64,000 nucleotides of DNA from the NCBI RefSeq assembly GCF_009834535.1, contig NC_045696.1:88848001-88912000 (forward strand). Direction: 5' to 3'. The notes beneath the pieces are model-generated. The model saw only the letters and a program-made list of their open reading frames with translations, searched no databases and was not told the origin of the DNA. Every line of letters starts with the position of its first letter. Within the stretch, counting starts at the first letter, position 1. The translations under genes and the position numbers were made by a program. Shown piece after piece: positions 39,441 to 53,115 of the stretch. This DNA comes from Camelus ferus. Taxonomy: Eukaryota.

Positions 39441-40049
39441 AGCCTTCTTACCCAATCACAGGTCATGTGGGCCACCGCAGACCTCCCCATGCATGGCAGA
39501 GTGCTAGTCCTACAAGACTTACAGTGTGGAGGAGCAGGACAGAATACACATGTGCAGCAGACAGGCAGCTCTCCAAAAGCAAGAAGGAGGGAGAGGGTGG
39601 AAGAGCCTGCTGATGTTGTCCAGCACTGTCTGTGCTGGCTGTAAGTCTGACAAGTCCTTGGAGGAGTGAATGATGATGAGAAAAGACTAGGAAGTTGAGC
39701 AAGAAGTCACAGGAATGGAGATTCCCCTCCTCCAACATTCCCCAGATTTTTGTTCTCTTACCCCATTAAGCTTAGCCATTAACTATTGCTGTGGCTACCC
39801 TCCTTAGGATACAAGGTTTATAATCTACCTGGGCAATCTTGGTCCTATTTTCAAAAGATGGTATCCCCAACACCAGCCACAGCTCTTCTGAGATGCTGGT
39901 GGGTGAGTGTTTTATTTTTAAATCCAGGAGGCTCTAAAATGGGTCAGAATAATATATTAATTAAACTAATTCTAAAACTGGCATACAAGAATAGAAATTC
40001 TTTCTCTATTCTATTTCTCTTCCCAAAGTACATCCAGCTACATTGTCCA

Positions 40050-40800
40050 ATATAGCTCATCAAAGGTTTGGCAATGGGATAAAATAACAACAAACATTCC
40101 AATTGTAAAAATGTTATCAACATACAAAGTCCCAAATCTGAAGTTTAACTGCCTTTTTAAATGTATTTTCCTGGGAGGAAATTAAAGTTAAATTCCATGC
40201 AAATTGGTCCAAAGATTTTAGAGGTCAAAAGAATTAAAATCCAAAATTACATTCTCTTGCACTTGTGAGTTAAAGATCCAAATTAAAGTCCATACTTCAT
40301 CTTCTCTGAATTCTTATTTTTGCCTACTCTTTAACTCAAAGGGCCTTTGCTGCCAGGTAGAGCTGGGGTATCTTTGGCAGCTACAACCTGGGCTATCTTC
40401 TTTACAGTGGTTATAGTTCCTAATATGTATTAGGGTACATGCTGAATGCATCTCCAATGTGTCCTGTGTTTAAAGACTCCAGCTTTTACCAGAACACAAT
40501 AGACTCTCCCAGCACTGGCCCCCGGACCCACCAAATCTAGAAAACAACTCAGTCTTGAAATCATAAGTAGAACTCTGTTTCCAGAGCCCAGAGGTAGTGT
40601 TACCAAAGACCCTGACAGAGATTCAGTGGTACTGGACAAAGGAGGTAAGCTCAAGAAATAACTTGGTTTAAACTTTTCATGATGCCAGTGAGTTTAGGCT
40701 AGGTATCTGAAGTCTACAACCCTGAATTTACACTGAATTGGGATCAATCTCCCACCTACTAATTAATTTTGACACAATATATTTACATATGACAGAGTGG
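40050..40800 (-). mobile_element. Possible very old LTR-retroelement internal (pro/pol) relic
   Basis: Weak minus-strand fragments SDT*PKLT, P*YILGT and LYVDNIF resemble ERVL protease/RT motifs; the spacing is not convincing. Confidence 0.25.
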
Positions 40801-42111
40801 GGTTAGTAATGGGGATATGCACATAGCCTCCTTTCTAAGATAGTAGCATTTGAGACATTACAGTCTTCTTGCAAAGTTAGAGATTTGCATTGGGGACAGC
40901 CCAAATCACTAGGCTTTATTTGATGTGCTCTCACCTTTCTGCTTATTCATAATCTCTATAATTTTCCATTTTCCCCTTGAGTTCCATGTTTGTGGCATCC
41001 TGGTGCTGAACTGAATGTGGGCCTCATCAGCAGTACATGAGCAGGCCATTTCGGTCCTGGAACACAGAGGATGCTTCCATTGCCTCTTGCTGTAAAATCC
41101 TTAGAACTATGAAATCTGTCTAGGAAAGAGATTTTCACCTAGTTGTCATATTTGATTCAGCTGAAGAATTACTCTTAGCAGATTCCTGAACTGAATTACT
41201 GTTAATGCTTCAGAGCTTGTGTTTCTCGTGGTCTGTGGGAATCTATTTCTCTCTGACGGGCTCCTTGATTCACTGTCTTTCCTCCACTTTCAAATATCCC
41301 AGGCCTTAGGTAGAACTTATGTCCAGGGCATCGTTAATTGAAGTACTAGTACGTGCCTCTGGTGTTTCATTCCCCTCTGCCATTACCCTGTGCCTTCCAG
41401 AATGACTCAGTTGAATTTATAAAAGTTTAACCTATTTCTTAAATTGGTTCCTTTACTCTTCTAACACACATAGGGCTAGATTGAGTGCCTTCCTTCTTTT
41501 ATTTTCTCTTTGCCTTTTGGCTTAGAAAAGAGATTTTTTTTTAGCATATTCCTCTAGGTTTTTGCTATGTAAGGGTCCACCTTAGTGAGAGATATGAAAT
41601 CAATAAATTCTAAGGCTACTAAAATGTACACAGTTCAACTTGGCCACCTTCTCCTACCTGTGTAGGATAGTCCCACCTGGAAGATATTACCCAATCAAAC
41701 TAACCAGTCTGAGCCTCGACTCAGCTGATTATTTTTATGCCTGGCTCTCCATTTTTATTTTTCATCCCTGCTGTGCCCTCCCTTAGAATGCCAATTCCAT
41801 ACATTTCCCTGACATATGCCCTCAACATACAGGCAAAACTTGCTTGCCACCTGCAATAACTGTCTGTCTCTGAATCTAACCCATATACCAATTATTTGAG
41901 TATTTTATGCTTATCTTCCTGGTCATCCCTTTTCAAATCTGTTCAAATTCTTTGTGACCACTTGGTATAATTACCCCAGCCTTCAAAAGATAGTTCCTCA
42001 GTTGCCTTACTATGGATTCTTCATCTGCTCCTTTCAGAAGAGTCTCTCAGTATGCTCCTGGATCTGGCTTCTTGCAAGCAAGGGAAATGAATCAGTCAGA
42101 GTTCTTACCTC

Positions 42112-42210
42112 TTTTATTTTATTTTTTTTAATGGAGATACTGGGGATTGAACCCAGGACCTTGTGCATGCTAAGCATGCAGCTCTACCATTGAGCTATTA
42201 CCATCCTCCC
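42112..42210 (-). mobile_element. tRNA-Ala-derived SINE, short form (no cctaattacc tail)
   Basis: Reverse strand reads tagctcaatggtagag...gcttagcatgcacaaggtcctgggttcaatccccagtatctcca followed by an A tail. Confidence 0.85.
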
Positions 42211-42414
42211 TTCATTTGTGCTTTAATAAGCCCAGTCACTACTCCTGAACTAGTAATAATTAAAGCATCTTCACCTTCTCTAATACCCTCTTTGTGAATA
42301 GTTAGAGCTGAGTCCACTCCCTTTCCTTTTTGTGTCTATCCATCCTTGTCTCCAAGAGCTCATGCTGACCTTCCTGTATGTCCAGTCTCTTCACTAAGCA
42401 CTCATTCTGTTTCT

Positions 42415-42772
42415 ACTGCAAACTGAATGCTTGTGCCCTCCCCAAATTTATGCTGTATACTAATACCCAATGAGATGGCTTTGGAGGTAGGGTCTTTGGT
42501 ACATGCTTAGGTCATGAGGGTAGTGCTCTCATGAATGGGATTAGTGTCCATATAAAAGAGATGCCAGAGAGCTCATTGCCCCTCCCACCATGTGAGGTTA
42601 CAGTGAGAAGATGGACATCTATGAACCAATAAATGGGCTCTCACAGACTCTGAGTCTGCAAGTGCCTTCATCTTGGAATTCTCAGCTTCTAGAACCATGA
42701 GAAATAAATTTCTGTTATTTATAAACCATCCAGCCTACTGTATTTTGTTAAAGCAGCCTGAACAGACTAAGA
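42415..42772 (+). mobile_element. MaLR solo LTR (MLT1A-like)
   Basis: ctgaatgcttgtgccctcccc...ggtcatgagggt...gagaaataaatttctgtt...gcagcctgaacagactaaga. Confidence 0.9.
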
Positions 42773-43375
42773 GAGTTTCCTAAGAAAATTCTACTCTCCC
42801 TCCAGCTAATCATTTTGTCCTCCTTTACTTTGATTTCAGTCTTCCACTTCCTTAACTCAGAATCAAAAGGAAGCACAACTTTCAATCCACCCCAATTCCT
42901 CCTTGATTTCCTGAGAACATCTTGTTGTTGGGGATGGAAGCTCCAGGAAACAGGCCTTTGAGTTGTTTTTCTACCTCAACCTAAGAAAATGGCATGTTCT
43001 CCTTACCTTAAGAGCTTCCATTCCTGTGTATGAGTGTATTAATAAAATTTACTGGTTTTTTTTATGGATGAGATTTGCAGTTTGGATCTCCAAAATCTAA
43101 AGCCATGATTAGAACTTGTGTAACAAATCCAGCGCCACATAGCAGGGCTGATTCTTGAGTCTGCAGACAAGCCCCATTAATGTTAGCTGTGTCATAATTT
43201 TCTCTCTGAGTGCAAACCAATATAGAGTGGAACAAAATTCAGACAGCTGACCTAACACTACCTACCTAGAGCGGGCAATAATACTTTAAAGCCAGAACCT
43301 TGTCTAATATCCAAGCCAATAACATCTCTTGGCTGGATCACTACGATAGTTCCTGACTCATTTCCCGGCCATCAG

Positions 43376-43870
43376 TGTTACCAAATAAGGGCTTGCTGCC
43401 CCATGCACATAGAAGCCAATACATTGTACTGGCTTTTGAGAAAAGAAAGATTTATTGCGATTGGCCAGCAAGGAGACAGGAGGCAAGTCTCTCAAATTTG
43501 TCTCCCTGATATGGGGTTTGGTCAAACTTTTATGAGTTAGGAGAAGAGGGTTGGTATGCAGAAGCGCTGGCGGGGCAGGATTTATATGGGAGGGCTTTGG
43601 CACTTGGCCATTTGTGGTAAGGATAGTAAAGGGACTTCAGCACCAGATCTTTCTGGGCAATGGACTCTTCACTCTGAAAGGGTTCCAGCATTAAGGTTCT
43701 GTTCATGTCTCCGTCCTTTGGTTCCGTGGGGAGGAGAAAATTTTGGTTCTGACATGCTTCAGCCACATGACTTGTGTTTTGTTTTTTTTTTTCGTGTTAT
43801 CTCTGAAAAACAATTCAGTATCTTGTTAGAAACAAGATAGTACCAGTTTGGGGCTGGTTCCATGGTTATA
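43376..43870 (-). mobile_element. ERV1-class solo LTR
   Basis: Left end tgttacc (...GGTAACA on minus), minus-strand AATAAA (tttatt near 43451), agcaaggagacaggaggc motif; right end ggttata. Confidence 0.7.
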
Positions 43871-43944
43871 CCATTCAATCCTCCACCCCCACCCCTTTCA
43901 TATAACTGCCAGAATGATCTTTTAAAAACTTATGTAAGGTCAAA

Positions 43945-44960
43945 CAAAGGACACTATCAAGAAATTGAAAAGAACCCATAGAATGGGAGAAAGTTTTTGC
44001 AAATCATTTGTCTGATAAGGGCCAAGTATCCTGAATATATAAAGAACTCTTACAACTCAACAATAAAGAGACCAATAAAACAATTTTAAAATTGGCAAAG
44101 GACTTGGACAGACATTCTCTGAAGCAGATATACAAATAGCCAATAAGCACATGAAATGACTCTCAACATCATTAGTTATTAGGGGAATGCAAATCAAAAC
44201 CATATTAAGACCCATTAGAATCATAAAAACTGAAAATAATAGGTGTTGGCAAGGATGTAGAGAAATTGGAATCCTCATATATTGCTGGTAGTTATAAAAG
44301 TGGTGCAGCAACTTTGGAAAATAATTTGGCAGTTCCTCAAAATTTAAACAAAATTATCACATGACCTTGCAATTCTACAAAAGAGAAAAGAAAGCATATA
44401 TTCATACAGGTATATAACCAAGAGAAATGAAAGCCTATATTCTTAGAAAAACTTGTGCAACATAGAAATGTTCATAGCAGCATTATTCATAAAAAAAAAG
44501 TGAAACACCCCAAATGTCCATTAATGGATGAATGGATAAACACAACGTGGGGGATATATATAATGGAATATCATTTTGCCATAAAAAGGAATGAAGTACT
44601 GTTACATGCTACAACATGGATGACCTTGATAACATTGTGCTGTGTGAAAGAAGTTAGACACAATAGGCTATCTCATTCTGTTTATATCAGGCAGGTCCGT
44701 AAAGACCAAAGCCAGACTATTTTTTGCCTAGGGCTGGGGAAAGAGGCAGGGGGAGTAACTGCTAACAGGGATTTCTTTATGGGGTGATGGAAATGTTCTG
44801 GAACTACTGGTGGTGGTTGTACTCATGAACTGCTAAAAACCAGTGAATGGTTTAAACTTTAAACCTTAAAGTTTAAACTTTAAATGGTTTAAACTTTAAA
44901 AGTTACCACTTTAAAATGGTAACTTATGTTATATAAATCATATCTCAATTTTCAAAAACA
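43945..44960 (+). mobile_element. Older L1 (L1MB/MC-like) ORF2 3' end and 3'UTR
   Basis: gaatgggagaaagtttttgcaaatc, aatgcaaatcaaaacc, gaatggataaac, atatctcaat terminus. Confidence 0.85.
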
Positions 44961-44989
44961 CTGATAAAAAAAAGAAAAAATTTACAATG

Positions 44990-45485
44990 GATTTTCCACT
45001 AGATCTTCCACTAGTTAAACTCTGTAGTGGCTTCCTGTAGTACTCAGATAAAATTCAACCTCCTTACCTGGGCCTACAAGGCCCTGTACGATATGACCCC
45101 TACCTGCCTCTCTTATCTCACACCCCATCACTCTCTTCATTCCTTGTCCCTCATGTCCATTACATTCTGGGCTCACTAGCCCTCCCACTCCCAGCTTTAC
45201 ACTTCACCTTCCTCCTGCTTGTAGCACTCTTTGCCTAGGCTGCCTCTTTCTCGTCATGGTGGTCTCAGATCAGTCACTCTTCAGAGAGGCCTCCCTCACC
45301 ATTCCCATCATTATCATGTTCGCCATGTGTTCTTTTCTTCATGGCACGTGTCATTGTCTGAAATGTTTGTTTATACATACATTCTCTGAGAGCAGAGATT
45401 TTTGTCTGCCTGCTATCAGCCAAGCGCTAAGAAGAATGCCTGGCACAGAGTAGATGCTCAAAAATACATTTTGAATGAATGGATG
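44990..45485 (+). mobile_element. L2 3' end relic
   Basis: ggcctacaaggccctg...gcctggcacagagtagatgctcaaaaatacattttgaatgaat terminus. Confidence 0.8.
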
Positions 45486-47238
45486 GGACCTAATTTGTAT
45501 ACACTGGGAATTTAGATATTTTGATGGTGCTTGAGGTGCTGAGAGTTTCACCTGGTTTTGAATGAGAATTTCAGAAACCCTATTCCTGAACACATTGAGG
45601 CTACATATATAAGTACTGAGGGAAGGAGTAAGAAACAGGATGGGTGGGGAAATGTACCTCCCCGTCATTTCCGAATTACTGAAGACAGAATTTTACAGTT
45701 GTAGAAACTGTGGTAAAACTGCCCAAATTTTATGAAGTCAGCTATAGAAATTTTGCCGTGTAATTCATGATTCTGTCTGTCTCTGAAGCTGCACACACAC
45801 TCATCTGGGTGCACAGGAGGAGATCAGAGGGAGAGAATGGCTCTGAGGCAGCCCAGTGAGGTGTCTCTGGGATTGCAGTTCAGCCCAGGCTCCAGGCTCA
45901 TGCTTTGTTTCTGGAAAGAGGTAGTAATGAAGAACAGAGCCCCTGAAAAGTACAGAACAAAAAGCACATCTGCTTTGGGGCCCAGGAAGAGGGTAAGCTG
46001 GGAGAGAAGGGGGGCATGACAACCATTAAGGATTGAACTAAGGAGCAACCAAGAATAGGCCTATTTGGGAGTGAGGGGGATGTCAGAGCAGTGGGAACCA
46101 CAGGGAAATGAGGGAAGGAAGTGAGGGTGCCAGGAGCCAGGCAGACACCCTCTGAAGCAAAAACCCTACTGTCTGTGAAGGATCTGAGGCCTGGGAGCTC
46201 CATATTTTGCTGGTGAAGACTGAACTACACGCTGTTGTTTTGTGTTTCACCAGTATGACTTAGAGAAAAGAAATGTGGTTATACATATAACATCAGGAAC
46301 AGAGCTCATATTCCCTTATCCAAATGAGGAAAATATTCCTGTTCTTATTCTGAGATTATCTATGAATCATATATGTGGAATCATTAAGTGGAAGCAACAT
46401 TGGGGTGGTGGGACCATCTGTCACTGTGTATTTTAGTGAGTTTGATCATTAGGCAAAAGATGCCTCTAAACTAAGCCAGGTGGAAAAAGAATGTAAAGAT
46501 AATTTAGGTTTAGATTATCAAAGGAGGGAGAAAAGTTTACTGAGGCTGGAAAGAAAGGCTAGGAGGGCTGAGAAAGTGAGGTGGTACAAAGACACCGAAG
46601 GCTGGTTTAGAAACAGTAACAAATACTGTGAAACGGGAAGAGTAGATTTTTAAGCTTAAAAAGGTAAGCTTTTTAAATCAGTTTGAGCAATTACATGTAG
46701 AATATTGCAAGTAAATGAAAGTGATTTTTAGACAGTTTAAATATAAGAAAGGAAGCAGAACATGATGTGGCCTAGCTCACCCAGACACACTGAGGTAATA
46801 TCTAGGGATGACTAGACTGTGAATCAGACAGATGTCAGGTTATAGGGCAGAATTTCCTGGCTGGCACAGATCTGAATTTCCAGAGCAGCCTGCTGGGTGG
46901 CCTCCACTGTCAAGCCATCCTGCACACTCTGTCAGCCAACTAGTCTGTCCGAAGCAGGACTTTAATCTCTCTAAAACCTTCACCGCCTTCCAGTGTCTTA
47001 CTAAACCTACCCTGAGCTCTGCCTGGATCCCTAGCCCCACCTGCCTATTCAGTCTTCTTCCCTAGTTCTCTCCAGAACACACCCCTCTCTCAGGCCTGTC
47101 TCTCTACCTGTCCTGCCTCTGGGCCTTTGCCCAAGATGCTGCCTTTGTCTGAAATGTACACTGTCTCCTATCTGCCTAGCCAAACGCCATCCCTCTGTCA
47201 AGACTGAACTTACATTTCCATTCCACCATGGGTCTTGT

Positions 47239-47494
47239 CTTTTCTTTTCTTTCTTCTCTTCTCTTCTCTTCTCTTCTCTTCTCTTCTCTTCTCTTCTCTT
47301 CTCTTCCCTTTCTTTCTTTCTTTCTTTCTTCCTTCCTTCCTCCCTCCCTTCCCTTCCTTCCCTTCCTTTCTTTCCTTTCTCTTTCTCTCTTTCTCTCTCT
47401 TTCTCTTTCTCTCTCTCTCTTTCTCTCTTTCGTTCTTTCTCTCTTTCGTTCTTTTTCATACTTCAGAATTATTTATTTAGTTAGTTAGTTAGTT
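47239..47494. repeat. Compound pyrimidine microsatellite (CTCTT)n-(CTTT)n-(CCTT)n-(CT)n followed by (TTAG)n
   Basis: Seen directly; it explains the low-complexity ORFs at 47049-47488. Confidence 0.95.
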
Positions 47495-47879
47495 GAAGTG
47501 TTAAGGGTCTGTCTTGATTGCCCCTGTCTTTGCTCCTAAAATACATTTGTTCAATTACATACCGCTGTATATTAGTTAATATTAGTCACTATTAGTCACT
47601 GTTCTTATACGTGTATTAGCACCAAGAACTAGAGGAAAGAGAAGAGACAAATTAATAACAGAGGAGAGTGAAACCCCCATTTTAGATTCTGATTTAGAGG
47701 TGGGTGTCACTAAAGAATGGAGGAAGTACAGCAGAGTGATCCCAGAGGCTTTTGTGCTAGAGAGGAGGTAAGGTAAGGAGCACCTTGCTTTCCATGTCAC
47801 TTGGCAATGACATCTTCAGTTCTAAGTTCAGCATCATGAGGAATGAGAAGTATTTCTGGATGTTCCAGATAATGGAAGC

Positions 47880-48008
47880 TTACCATGCAAATTCTTGAGT
47901 TCCAGTCTACCTACTGAATCAGAATCTCTGAGGGGGGAGCCCAGCAATGTGTGTTTTAATAGCACTCAGGGTAATCCTGATACACAGAAATGTTAGAGAA
48001 CCATTGCT
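47880..48008. mobile_element. MER5A-like hAT DNA transposon fragment
   Basis: acctactgaatcagaatctctg...gcccagcaatgtgtgttttaa...gagaaccattg. Confidence 0.8.
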
Positions 48009-50329
48009 TTTGAGCATTTAAAGTTGAAACTTACTTGTCTTTTGGCACAGAACAGACTAAACATAAAGTGGCAGTTTGGGGGCCAGAGTCACCATGATGA
48101 ACATTACTCCTTGCCCAGCACTGGGGTAACAGGCAGCATTCCAGACAAAACACTCAGGCACCATGCTACCGGGCCCATGGCCCACCTAGTCACCTCATTC
48201 AGACAACTGATTGCAATCATTATTTGGGTCCACCAGCCCTGATCATTATCTATTACAATACAGGAGGGGCTTTATAATACAATAAATATTATATTATATT
48301 GTATTATAAAAACAATACAAAGAATAATTGAAACTGACTGAATCACAATATAAAAGAAAACACATGCCATTCACTAATTACAGCCACACCTAATACTATA
48401 GAACAGTTACTGCTTGGAGGCATTCTAGTGTCATAGTCCAATGTCTCCACTAAAAAAGTGATGGAAATTCTTAGACAACTCTCAGGAGACTGGGTTTCCC
48501 AACTGGGTTTCACTTCTAGGCCTTTGCTGATCCTCCTCCAAATAACTCACTCTGTTCTTACCACACACCCATTTGCCCAGGAACGATAGCTGCTTTACAA
48601 GTCCTTTAAAATTCTCAGAATCTGCATCGGTAATTGCTCAAAGTTCAGACTTACTGAGGTACCTCTCTGGACGATGGCTATAGGGGTTCGTTTTCCTTAA
48701 ATACATTGTGCTGAGCCTGCCGCCAGCCCTACGCTGGGCAGTGGCCCCTTTTCTATGCTCAGAGCTTTGCATCCATCTCTGACCAAGCATCTCTGTGCTC
48801 TGCTTCTACTGAGGTTTTCAGTGAGAATCACACCTGGTTCATTTCCTTTTGAGAAGAAATAACTTCCCAGATTGAGTCCAAACTGAAGAGCATTTCCTTG
48901 GATCCGAGTATAGATGCATATAAAAATTTGATCAATGTTGCTGAAATGCCTCTCAGAGGGATTTTCCAATATTTCCCAGAAATGTAGAGGGTGCCTGTTT
49001 CCCTACAGCCTCACTAGCAGAGACAGAAATTTCTTTTGCATCTGGGCATCTTAGTGTCCTACAACATCTTCCCATGAGAGTCACCATGAGAAGAACTTCA
49101 ATCATCTTTCTTCAGATGCTGATTCTTCCTCTCAGATGCAGTTTTCATTTTCAATTTCATGCAAAGAATTGAATTGAGAACTTACTTGTAAATTAGTTCT
49201 CACAAGTATAAAATCACAGAGCTGGCTATGATTGATGTCTGTAATGACCTTTATTCTTCTTCTCTTTGAAGATGAGTCAAGAGTTGTTTTAAAGTCAGAA
49301 GGAAAGGAAATTTTAAATGACCCTGCTCCTATTTATATAATAGATTTTGGAGTCTCATGGTACCTACCTCCATATTCCAAGACTTCTCTTTTATTTCCAT
49401 TCAGTGAAATGCACTGTTATTTATTAAGAGTCAAAAGTTTCCCTTTCCACACAGTAGCATCCTATTCTTCATTTCTGAGACAACTAAAGTTCAAAAGTTA
49501 ATCACTAACGCAGAATGTTGTTATAAAGGAAACTGGGCAGGAGAGGGCAGGAGTATATAGGCACTTTCTGTACTTTGCATTCAGTTTTTCTGTAAACCTA
49601 AAAAAATAAAATCTATTAATTGTAAACTACATAAATCAATCTTTATTACTTCCCCATTATTATAATATTTCTCAGATAAGGTAAAACCAAATGCAGTAAA
49701 CTGAGTGTCCAATTCAATTTTAACTCATTACAAATACTTTCCTACCTGAAAATTAAATATCATTAAAAGAAAATGGGAAAAATAAAATAAAGTCTATTAA
49801 TTTTTAAAGTAAAAAACAGAATGAGCTATGTAACAAAATGCTGTTTTTATAATTGAGAAAGACATAGAAAATAACAAAACACAGTTTACAAAAACACATA
49901 CAAAAAAAGATACTCATTTAATACACTAGAAAGGTGACCTTTGGGGACAGTGAAAATGGAAGTGGAGTATGATGATGAAATGGAATTAACAAAATTAGAG
50001 AGGGACATTGCATGGACCAACAATGATAACATGCCATGAGCTGAATATGATCAATTCTGTCCTGTGAACTTGAAATCCAAAGAGAAAAACTTGACTGAGA
50101 TAATGTGTGTTGCTGAAAAGTTATGTTCAAATTAAATTTTGTCAAATTGAATTATATTTTAAATGGATTTAAGAGATTTTTCTGCTTGAGATTATTTTAA
50201 TGGAATGAGAACTTTCTGTAATTCATATAAATACATTCTACTATCACATTCACTTTTCTGTAATAACCTCACAAAAATTTTTATATATTTGCTTTTCACA
50301 ATTAAGCTTATAGAGCAAGCAAATGGCTC

Positions 50330-51450
50330 ATACTAAAATGTACACAATTTATATATATATGTGGGATCTATAGAGAGATATATATATAGATATATATATA
50401 CACGTTTCTTCCCAGTAGTAGCAAAGCCCAGTGCCTAGATTTTGAATTATAATATATTCTCTAATAAAAAGAATGAAAATTCTTAAGGAAAATGCCTGAT
50501 TCTAAAGTTGGGACAGAGAGAATACAAGAAAATACAACATGAAGCATCCTATTATTCTCAAAAACAAAAGAATGGGTCACGCGAAGGAGATATGGGAGCC
50601 AAAGTGACAGAACTCCCAAAAGAAACCTGGAAGAATTTGAGAGCAAAAAATAATGTAATATTGAAGTATAACCCAAAGTATAAATAAATGTCCAGGAGTC
50701 CAAACTGATATAAATAAATGACTGAAAAAATGAGCAAGAAAGAAGAGATAAATCTTCCTTCTATTAGAATTCCAAATAATTGTTGTAGCTATTTCCTTTC
50801 CAGGAGGTGGAGCTTGCTCTCTCTTCCTCCCTTGAGTGTGGGCTGAGTTTAGTCATTTGCTTCCAAAGAATAGAGTATAGGGGGAGAAATTACTTCATGG
50901 TGAAGAAACCTAGCAAACACTACCTAAACTAAGTGAGCAAGGTTAACATAACCAGTGATAAGTCATAATAATAGCATATATCCCTGATACGATGTGATGA
51001 GAATGGTACTTTTCTGCGACCATCCTCTCCAAAACCTGTAACACCAGTCTAACCAGAGAGAGAAACCAAATTAAAAGGCATTGTACAAAGTACCTAACCA
51101 GTAATCCTCAAAACTGCCAAGGTCATGAAAAATGAGGAAAGCCTTAAAAATTGTCACAGATCAGTGGAGTCTAAGGAGACATAGTGACTAAATATAATGT
51201 GGTGTTCTGGATGGGATCCTGGAACAGAAGAAGGACATTAGTGGAAAATTAGTGAAATCCAAATAAAGTCTAGAATTTAGTTCATTAGCAACGTATCAAT
51301 GTTGGTTTTTCAGTTGTGACAAATGTAGCCTGCTAATGTAAGATGCTAACAGTAAGGGAAACTGAGTGAGGGGTAGATGGGGGAACTCTCTGTACTATCT
51401 TTGCAACTTTCTTGTAAATCTCAAACTATTCTAAATTTAAAGTTAAAAAA
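50330..51450 (+). mobile_element. Old L1 3'UTR (L1MC-like)
   Basis: ggatgggatcctggaacagaagaaggacattagtggaaa...gaactctctgtactatctttgcaactttcttgtaaatct. Confidence 0.8.
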
Positions 51451-53115
51451 ACAGGAACACTCTAACTGGCCAGGTGTTTATAATGTAATTTAAAAACAGA
51501 AACAAGAAAGGAAAGACATTGCATGCAGATTCAACAGGATAGGAAAAAAAAAAAAACAAATTGCTTACTTTTCACATGAATTACTGTACACTTCCTTTTT
51601 AAAAATAGTGCTATGATGATGTTACTGAACTAGTGTAAAAGGAGGGGGGAAACAGAGAGGTCAAGAAGAGGAAGAGGCAAGGTCAGAGACTAGGGTGAAG
51701 GCTAAGGAGGTCTGAGTGAGACATCAGAGGCTGCTGAGCAGGCACCATGAGCTTGGGGAGCCCACGGTGCGGCCAAGCAAGACAACCTGCTTTACCTCTT
51801 CCCCTGCCAACACGTACCTTGCCTGACACTGTGACCCAGTTGGAATTGAGCTCAGTAATGCAGAAAGAGACATTCTGGTGTCTGAGGGAGTCAGTAAGAT
51901 CTGGAAATCTCCATATCCCAGATTATCCAGAACTGTCTGGGTCAAAATCTGGATCTTGTTGGCGGTGGGCAGAAGCTAAGCAACCGAGGGGAAAATTTGG
52001 ATAAATTTACTCTTTGCCCTGCAGGAGCTCACCATGGTGCTGCCCAATTTTCTCAGGCACAAGAGATTCAGAAATACAAACTGCAGCATCATTTTCCCTT
52101 TCATGGGATGGTGGTGCGGATTCATATTCAAAAAACCACTTAGAAAAAATAATTAGTCCCACCAATAACACTGATTTTAACTGATTCCTACAGCTTAAGT
52201 GACTTTAAATTCTACTCTATAGGGAAACATTAAATAAGAATTTAAAACAGCTTGTTTTACTTCCATGTTATAAACTGATCATCATATAAAGTTTATGACT
52301 TAAAAAACCTTAGGAGATTTCATTATATCAACCCAGTGATAGAATAGGTGTCATCTCCATCTTATAAATGAGAAAATGTGAGGATCTGAATAATTAAGTA
52401 AATGGTTGAAGGGCATACAACTAGTAAGTAGCTGATCAAGTTTTAGACGTTTAGAACTCAAGTCATCTGAACAGAAGTTCTCAGCCTGATGTGGGTTACT
52501 TCATACTCTCCACCTGCCAGACACGGAAGCTCCCTTTATAGGCTCAGAGCTTCCAGCTTGGAGGGGTTGAAGGTAGATTCTGGTAGACTATAGGGACAGG
52601 TTGTGCCTCTCACACTGGCAGGTGCGCTTAACCTTGCAGGTTGCAATGTCCTCATTATGTGCTGTCGAGCAATGGGGCATTGGCTTTTTTCATAGCCCCA
52701 GTTTCACAGAAAGCACCGAGTTCCAGGAAAGGAGGTTTCTTACATGACGTTTAAAATCTCTCCAGTGAAATATGTTCATTGAGATTCTGAGATTTGCTTT
52801 GAAATAATCCAGAAGGGAGCCAAGGGGAAAAAGGATATTGATGACATACAAATGACCATTAAAATGTAGGAAATGGCACATACATGCAAGAAATAGGAAT
52901 GGGCTTATAACATAAACGTTGAAAGTTTAGTGATGGGTACATTAGGCCTCATTTCCTCTACTTTGGTTGTTTGACATTTTACAGAGTAAAAAGCTAATAA
53001 ATTAACAAACAGCTACAGAAATAAATAACACCAAGACTAGACCCTGGGGATAAAAATTGGTATCTAAATTTTGAACTAACATAACGAATTAGTTAGAGTA
53101 AGATTCACTTGTTTT

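Noticed and set aside
47049..47488. K/R/E-rich and S/L/F-rich ORFs
   Set aside because: Translations of the compound microsatellite.
51747..52155. 85-aa ORF with gcaccATG, and a following acceptor-like ccctgcag with caccATGg opening about 40 codons
   Set aside because: No recognisable protein similarity, and no downstream donor or partner exons found.
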